IMG/VR virus record: IMGVR_UViG_3300030397_000563
Location: 1 to 38,417 of that record
DNA length: 38,417 nt
Strand: one strand, 5' to 3'
Source of the DNA: a virus
Taxonomy: Duplodnaviria; Caudoviricetes
The notes beneath the pieces are model-generated. The model did no database searches and was not told where the DNA came from. It worked only from the letters and a program-made list of their open reading frames with translations. Positions 34,633 to 38,417 of this stretch are shown here, piece after piece (within the stretch, counting starts at the first letter, position 1; each line of letters opens with the position of its first letter). The position numbers and the translations under genes were made by a program.

Positions 34633-35001
34633 ATGGATGAAAAAAAAGTTAAAGTTAGAAGCCTGCAACCGAACGTGAAGGCAAGCCACTTTGGAGATCC
34701 AACTTACGAAATACATTTCGAGGATAATGAACCTATTCTCATGAGTGAAAAGATCGCGGATCACTTAGTAAAGGACAACCCTGGAATGTTTCAGAAAGTC
34801 GGGGCTGCTTCTAAAGTAAAGAACGATTTTGAAGAAGAAGTTAAAGAGATAAAAGGCATTGGAACAAAGAGCGCGAAGGACATAGTTACTTTGTACCCGA
34901 ACAAACAAGACCTTTTAAGAGCTATAAAAGAAGGATCACACATCCCTCTTGATGACAACATAGCCAATATATTATTGGAAAAATACGGTGGTGAATCATA
35001 A
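34633..35001 (+). CDS. Protein with C-terminal helix-hairpin-helix domain
   Basis: GAGGTGA RBS; VKEIKGIGTKSAKDIVTLY. Confidence 0.65.
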   Translation: MDEKKVKVRSLQPNVKASHFGDPTYEIHFEDNEPILMSEKIADHLVKDNPGMFQKVGAASKVKNDFEEEVKEIKGIGTKSAKDIVTLYPNKQDLLRAIKEGSHIPLDDNIANILLEKYGGES

Positions 35002-35921
35002 TGACATATCCGAGCACAGTAAAATACCTATTAATAGGGCAAGAGACCAGCTGGGCAACAGGAGGCACAGCCGATAAAGATTGCGGATTAAGGATTGCGG
35101 ACATATCTACTCCTGTAACGAAAGAACTTATTGAAAGTCAAGGAATGAGTGACATAGCAGTGCAAGAAGTAAACCTAGGATTGGAAGATCCTGGATTAGA
35201 AGTGTCTGGAGATTTCCAACACGGAAGACTTCTCGAGTACGTTTTTGGTACTGTGGCTCATGCAACAACGAGCAGTGATACAAAGCACACGTTCACGATA
35301 AACAACACTCCACCGAGCATGAAAGCAGAAGTGGGAAACAACTTATCAACTGACGTGACAAACACGATTATAGGATTACTTGTGGAAAGTGCAGAGATAA
35401 GAACTGCTCTTAATGAGAACGTCCAATTAAGCGTGACACTCAAGGGTAAAAGCCCAGATGATGGAACAAGTGCTAGTACTGCAGTAACGAGCAGCCTTCC
35501 TGTTTTCCCTCACAGTCTTGTTGATGTGGAAATAAACGGGGCAAGCGCAACGGAAGTGCAAGAAGCAAGCATTACCATCGAGAAAGTAGTTTCAAGAAGT
35601 GGTGGAATTGGAAGCAATGTTTACCAGCAAGGACACGGAACGAGCATCAGATTTACTTATTCCGCAAGACTAGGTTTTCAAAGCAACACGTTCCACGAAC
35701 TATTTAACGACGATACAGTGCACACGTTTAAGATCCAAGCAGATAACGGTGTAGTTTTAGGAAGTGGAAGAAGAGAGATAAGCATCACTCTTGGAAGTTG
35801 TGTACAAACAAGCTTTAATGAGATCTCAACAGTGGGCGAACTCACCTTTATTGAGATAGAAGGATCAGGAACACTGACTGAAGCGTTTAGTGTTGATAAC
35901 ATCGCCAGCGGAAGCTGGTAA
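35001..35921 (+). CDS. Major tail (tube) protein
   Basis: GQETSWAT N-terminus, HTFT, beta-rich 306 aa; precedes chaperones and tape measure. Confidence 0.8.
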   Translation: MTYPSTVKYLLIGQETSWATGGTADKDCGLRIADISTPVTKELIESQGMSDIAVQEVNLGLEDPGLEVSGDFQHGRLLEYVFGTVAHATTSSDTKHTFTINNTPPSMKAEVGNNLSTDVTNTIIGLLVESAEIRTALNENVQLSVTLKGKSPDDGTSASTAVTSSLPVFPHSLVDVEINGASATEVQEASITIEKVVSRSGGIGSNVYQQGHGTSIRFTYSARLGFQSNTFHELFNDDTVHTFKIQADNGVVLGSGRREISITLGSCVQTSFNEISTVGELTFIEIEGSGTLTEAFSVDNIASGSW

Positions 35922-35938
35922 AAGATCGGAGGAAAGAA

Positions 35939-36295
35939 ATGGAAATTAAAGTAAAGAAAGACGGAAAAGAGTACTTAGTACAAGCAGGTAACCCGAAAGG
36001 GAAACACACAAAGAAAGCGTTTAAGCTTTTGTGTGGGATGGAAACCGAAGGCAAAGAGTTCAGCGCAATAGAAGAATACACCACGTATCTGGATAAGATA
36101 GCGGTGGAGTGTTGCACTGTAAGCGATGGAAAAGAATCGACAAGCATGAATATGGAATGGCTTGACAACCTTGAAGATGAAGAGAAAAACAAGATCATTG
36201 TTTTCTTTCAGGAAAAAGTTCAAGGCAAATTCGATTTTATGAAGTCCTCGCTGAAGCAACCAAGTATTGCGCCAACGGACACGGATGGATCGTAG
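35939..36295 (+). CDS. Tail assembly chaperone (gpG-like)
   Basis: Between tail tube and tape measure; GGAGG RBS. Confidence 0.65.
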   Translation: MEIKVKKDGKEYLVQAGNPKGKHTKKAFKLLCGMETEGKEFSAIEEYTTYLDKIAVECCTVSDGKESTSMNMEWLDNLEDEEKNKIIVFFQEKVQGKFDFMKSSLKQPSIAPTDTDGS

Positions 36296-36303
36296 ACACG
36301 CTC

Positions 36304-36486
36304 ATGAAGCCAGGAAATCCCTGGCACTCTTATAAAAAAGAGATATTGGAGCGTCTGCAGGAGTTCCACATTAGTATGGCCTTCGGATGGACACCCGAGC
36401 AGATCCGAAGTTTAGACGAGGACGACAGGATGGCATATGTTATGATGCTTAAGGGAAACAACGAGGAGATAAAAAAAAGTGGCTGA
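36304..36486 (+). CDS. Tail assembly chaperone gpT-like segment, probably expressed via -1 frameshift
   Basis: FGWTPEQIRSL motif; -1 frame is open from 36166; no clear RBS. Confidence 0.6.
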   Translation: MKPGNPWHSYKKEILERLQEFHISMAFGWTPEQIRSLDEDDRMAYVMMLKGNNEEIKKSG

Positions 36487-37501
36487 ACTGAAGTTTAAGA
36501 TACTGGGTGATATGAAGAAGCTTAAAGAAGATCTTCGAAGCCTGATGAAAGACAAGTTTAAGATAAATGTACGTGGAGGGCCGAATGCTACAGGTGCAGG
36601 AGAAGGTCCAGGTGCAGCTGGAGGCGGTACGAATAAAAGAATCGCTTCTAACACGGGAAAACTTGTCGGACTTTTAGGAATCATCGCTGCTTTTCTTACA
36701 GGACTCAAGCCAATAATGGATGTTATTCAAGTGCTTTTTGGTATTGCAACAGTGGCTATACTTAAGCTTTTCAAATTCTTTAAAGAGAACGCTGCTAATA
36801 CGATAGAGCTCATAAGGAACGTGCTTTCCTGGATTGGTAAGGCATGGACTGCAGTTAAAGAAGTGGCCAAGAGCATTTGGGATTTCGTAAAAGATCCTCT
36901 TAAGAACATTTGGAACATGATTAAAGGGCTTGCAAAGGCCGTATGGGATCTTATGAAGGCAGGATTTAAGTGGGTTGTTGATAAGATCAAAGAATGGTGG
37001 GGAAACGGGATACAATGGCTCAAAGATCTTTGGAATGCGATTGTAGAAATGGCTGGAAAGCTTGGAGATCTTCTCGAAAAAGGATGGGGGATATTTAAGG
37101 AATGGCTCAAAGCGTTATGGGAGGGGATTAAAGCACTTCCTGGTTTTATTTGGACTAAGATGAAGCAAGGTTTCCAATGGATAAAGGACGGTGTAAAAGA
37201 TGTCTGGGACAAACTTGTAGATATAAAAGATAGTGTCGTGGACTGGCTTTCTAAAGCGGTAGATGCTATAAAGAACATCAACCCGTTTAAGAGAGAGACT
37301 AGCGTGCAGGATGCTATCATTACAAAAAGAGGTGATGTAATAAGAACAGATCCTCAAGATACAATCATAGCCACTAAAAACCCTGGGGGCATGGGTGGAG
37401 GAACGGTTAATTTTCACTTTCATGGAATAGGTATGGATGAGGCTATGGAGAAAATTAAGAGAGAGCTGGGAGCTAACAAGTTCACAGCCACGAGGTTTTA
37501 A
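36479..37501 (+). CDS. Tape measure protein (short)
   Basis: GAGGAG RBS, GTG start; hydrophobic segment then ~11-residue Trp/Phe periodicity. Confidence 0.8.
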   Translation: MAELKFKILGDMKKLKEDLRSLMKDKFKINVRGGPNATGAGEGPGAAGGGTNKRIASNTGKLVGLLGIIAAFLTGLKPIMDVIQVLFGIATVAILKLFKFFKENAANTIELIRNVLSWIGKAWTAVKEVAKSIWDFVKDPLKNIWNMIKGLAKAVWDLMKAGFKWVVDKIKEWWGNGIQWLKDLWNAIVEMAGKLGDLLEKGWGIFKEWLKALWEGIKALPGFIWTKMKQGFQWIKDGVKDVWDKLVDIKDSVVDWLSKAVDAIKNINPFKRETSVQDAIITKRGDVIRTDPQDTIIATKNPGGMGGGTVNFHFHGIGMDEAMEKIKRELGANKFTATRF

Positions 37502-37954
37502 ATGGCTGCAACAGTAGACGCAACAATCACAAACGAAGCAAGCAGTAAATCTTATCAGTTTAGAGCTCTTGCACCTTTAAGTGACAGAACGAGCCAAGTA
37601 CCACTTATCGTTCCATTAGTAGGAACTTCACCTGCTAACACGGTAGGATTCAGATTTCTTGGGCAGACAGGAGCATTCACCATTCAGTTTGCAGTATTTG
37701 ATGATGGAGCAGACGCTTCGAATGGGACTCATGGTTCTACAGTGACAACTGTAGCCGAACAGATAGCTTATCTTAAGAATAACATTTTTACTCCTGAGTT
37801 CGATACGTTCTGGACGTTCACACAAGCTGTCTTTGCTCCTTCTGGAGCGACCTGTTTTATACAGGATCTTGAGTTTTTGAATGAAGCAGGTAAAGGAGCA
37901 GTTGTTATAGGAACGATGAATATAGTTCTTGCAGGTTTGGGAGCTGTTCCATGA
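37502..37954 (+). CDS. Distal tail protein-like
   Basis: 150-aa beta-rich ORF directly after the tape measure gene. Confidence 0.55.
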   Translation: MAATVDATITNEASSKSYQFRALAPLSDRTSQVPLIVPLVGTSPANTVGFRFLGQTGAFTIQFAVFDDGADASNGTHGSTVTTVAEQIAYLKNNIFTPEFDTFWTFTQAVFAPSGATCFIQDLEFLNEAGKGAVVIGTMNIVLAGLGAVP

Positions 37955-38416
37955 CTGAAAATCTTCGCTTGTTTAAGGGTGTTACAGAGCTCAATTATAG
38001 CAGTTTCACTCTTGTCAAAAGCAATGATCACATAGTGAACACTGCAAAAGCGGAGATAGAAGGCAATGCTAACGTTACGAACAGCAGCGTTTTAGACTTT
38101 AAAGCAAGTGATGGAAGTACGAAAAGGTTCACAGCCAAGATCAACCAGATAACAAAAGACAGGCTCTGGGAGCTGGAACTTTTCTCAAACGGTTACGAGC
38201 TCAACAACTTATACGTAGAACAAGTCTATGTGAACAGAAGCCCAGAATACATTGTAGAAGACATTATCACGAATCATACTCAAAACCTTACTTATGCCAG
38301 CTCAACTTCTAGTGGAGTGACCATTCCAAAGATGGTTGTCCAAGGCTACGCTATAGATATCATCAAGGAGCTCATGGAAACGTTGAGGTGGCAGATTAAA
38401 ATAGATGTGAACGATA
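37951..38416 (+). CDS. Tail tip/hub-like protein, 5' part (continues at window start)
   Basis: ATGA coupling; MTENLRLFKG... reads without a stop into YASSTSSGVTIPK, the frame of 2-1657. Confidence 0.8.
   Translation, partial: MTENLRLFKGVTELNYSSFTLVKSNDHIVNTAKAEIEGNANVTNSSVLDFKASDGSTKRFTAKINQITKDRLWELELFSNGYELNNLYVEQVYVNRSPEYIVEDIITNHTQNLTYASSTSSGVTIPKMVVQGYAIDIIKELMETLRWQIKIDVND
38295..38416. repeat. Terminal direct repeat (assembly overlap), right copy
   Basis: Identical to 1-122. Confidence 0.97.
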
Positions 38417-38417
38417 G

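Noticed and set aside
36727-37320. 197-aa minus-strand ORF (and all other minus-strand ORFs)
   Set aside because: Antisense shadows of well-supported + strand genes, with Ser/Phe/Leu-rich composition and no RBS or motifs

Overview
The window is an apparently complete, circularly permuted genome of a tailed dsDNA virus (Caudoviricetes, siphovirus-type tail) of about 38,294 bp. Bases 1-122 are repeated at 38295-38416, and the tail-tip gene runs in frame across the junction. Every credible gene is on the + strand. An archaeal host is indicated by BRE-TATA promoters, GGTGA-type ribosome-binding sites, oligo-T terminators and a major capsid protein resembling those of archaeal tailed viruses (Magrovirus/Marthavirus-like KADAP...SQLN...LPKxPW.KSGWRVIT). 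A DPANN-type host is plausible but is inference. Gene order: tail tip (37951-1657), putative lysis/egress cassette (2.5-4.5 kb), early small-ORF region with two DNA methyltransferases, ParB-like protein and PD-(D/E)XK nucleases (4.7-18.1 kb), TerS/TerL, portal-gpF fusion, protease/scaffold, MCP, accessory fibre/LamG block, neck and tail genes. I recognise no polymerase, primase, helicase or integrase. The most unusual observations are: (1) virion-module fibre/LamG proteins carrying signal/anchor peptides and very dense, conserved N-glycosylation sequons; (2) a stand-alone CheY-like receiver translationally coupled inside a lysis-like cassette with a transglutaminase-fold peptidase; (3) a 16-bp late promoter in five copies, one inside the protease gene ahead of a nested scaffold start; (4) an EcoHK31I-type two-frame cytosine methyltransferase; (5) a ~210-bp inverted-repeat-bounded non-coding element and several other structured intergenic segments. 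All calls are from motif recognition by eye; no database searches were run.
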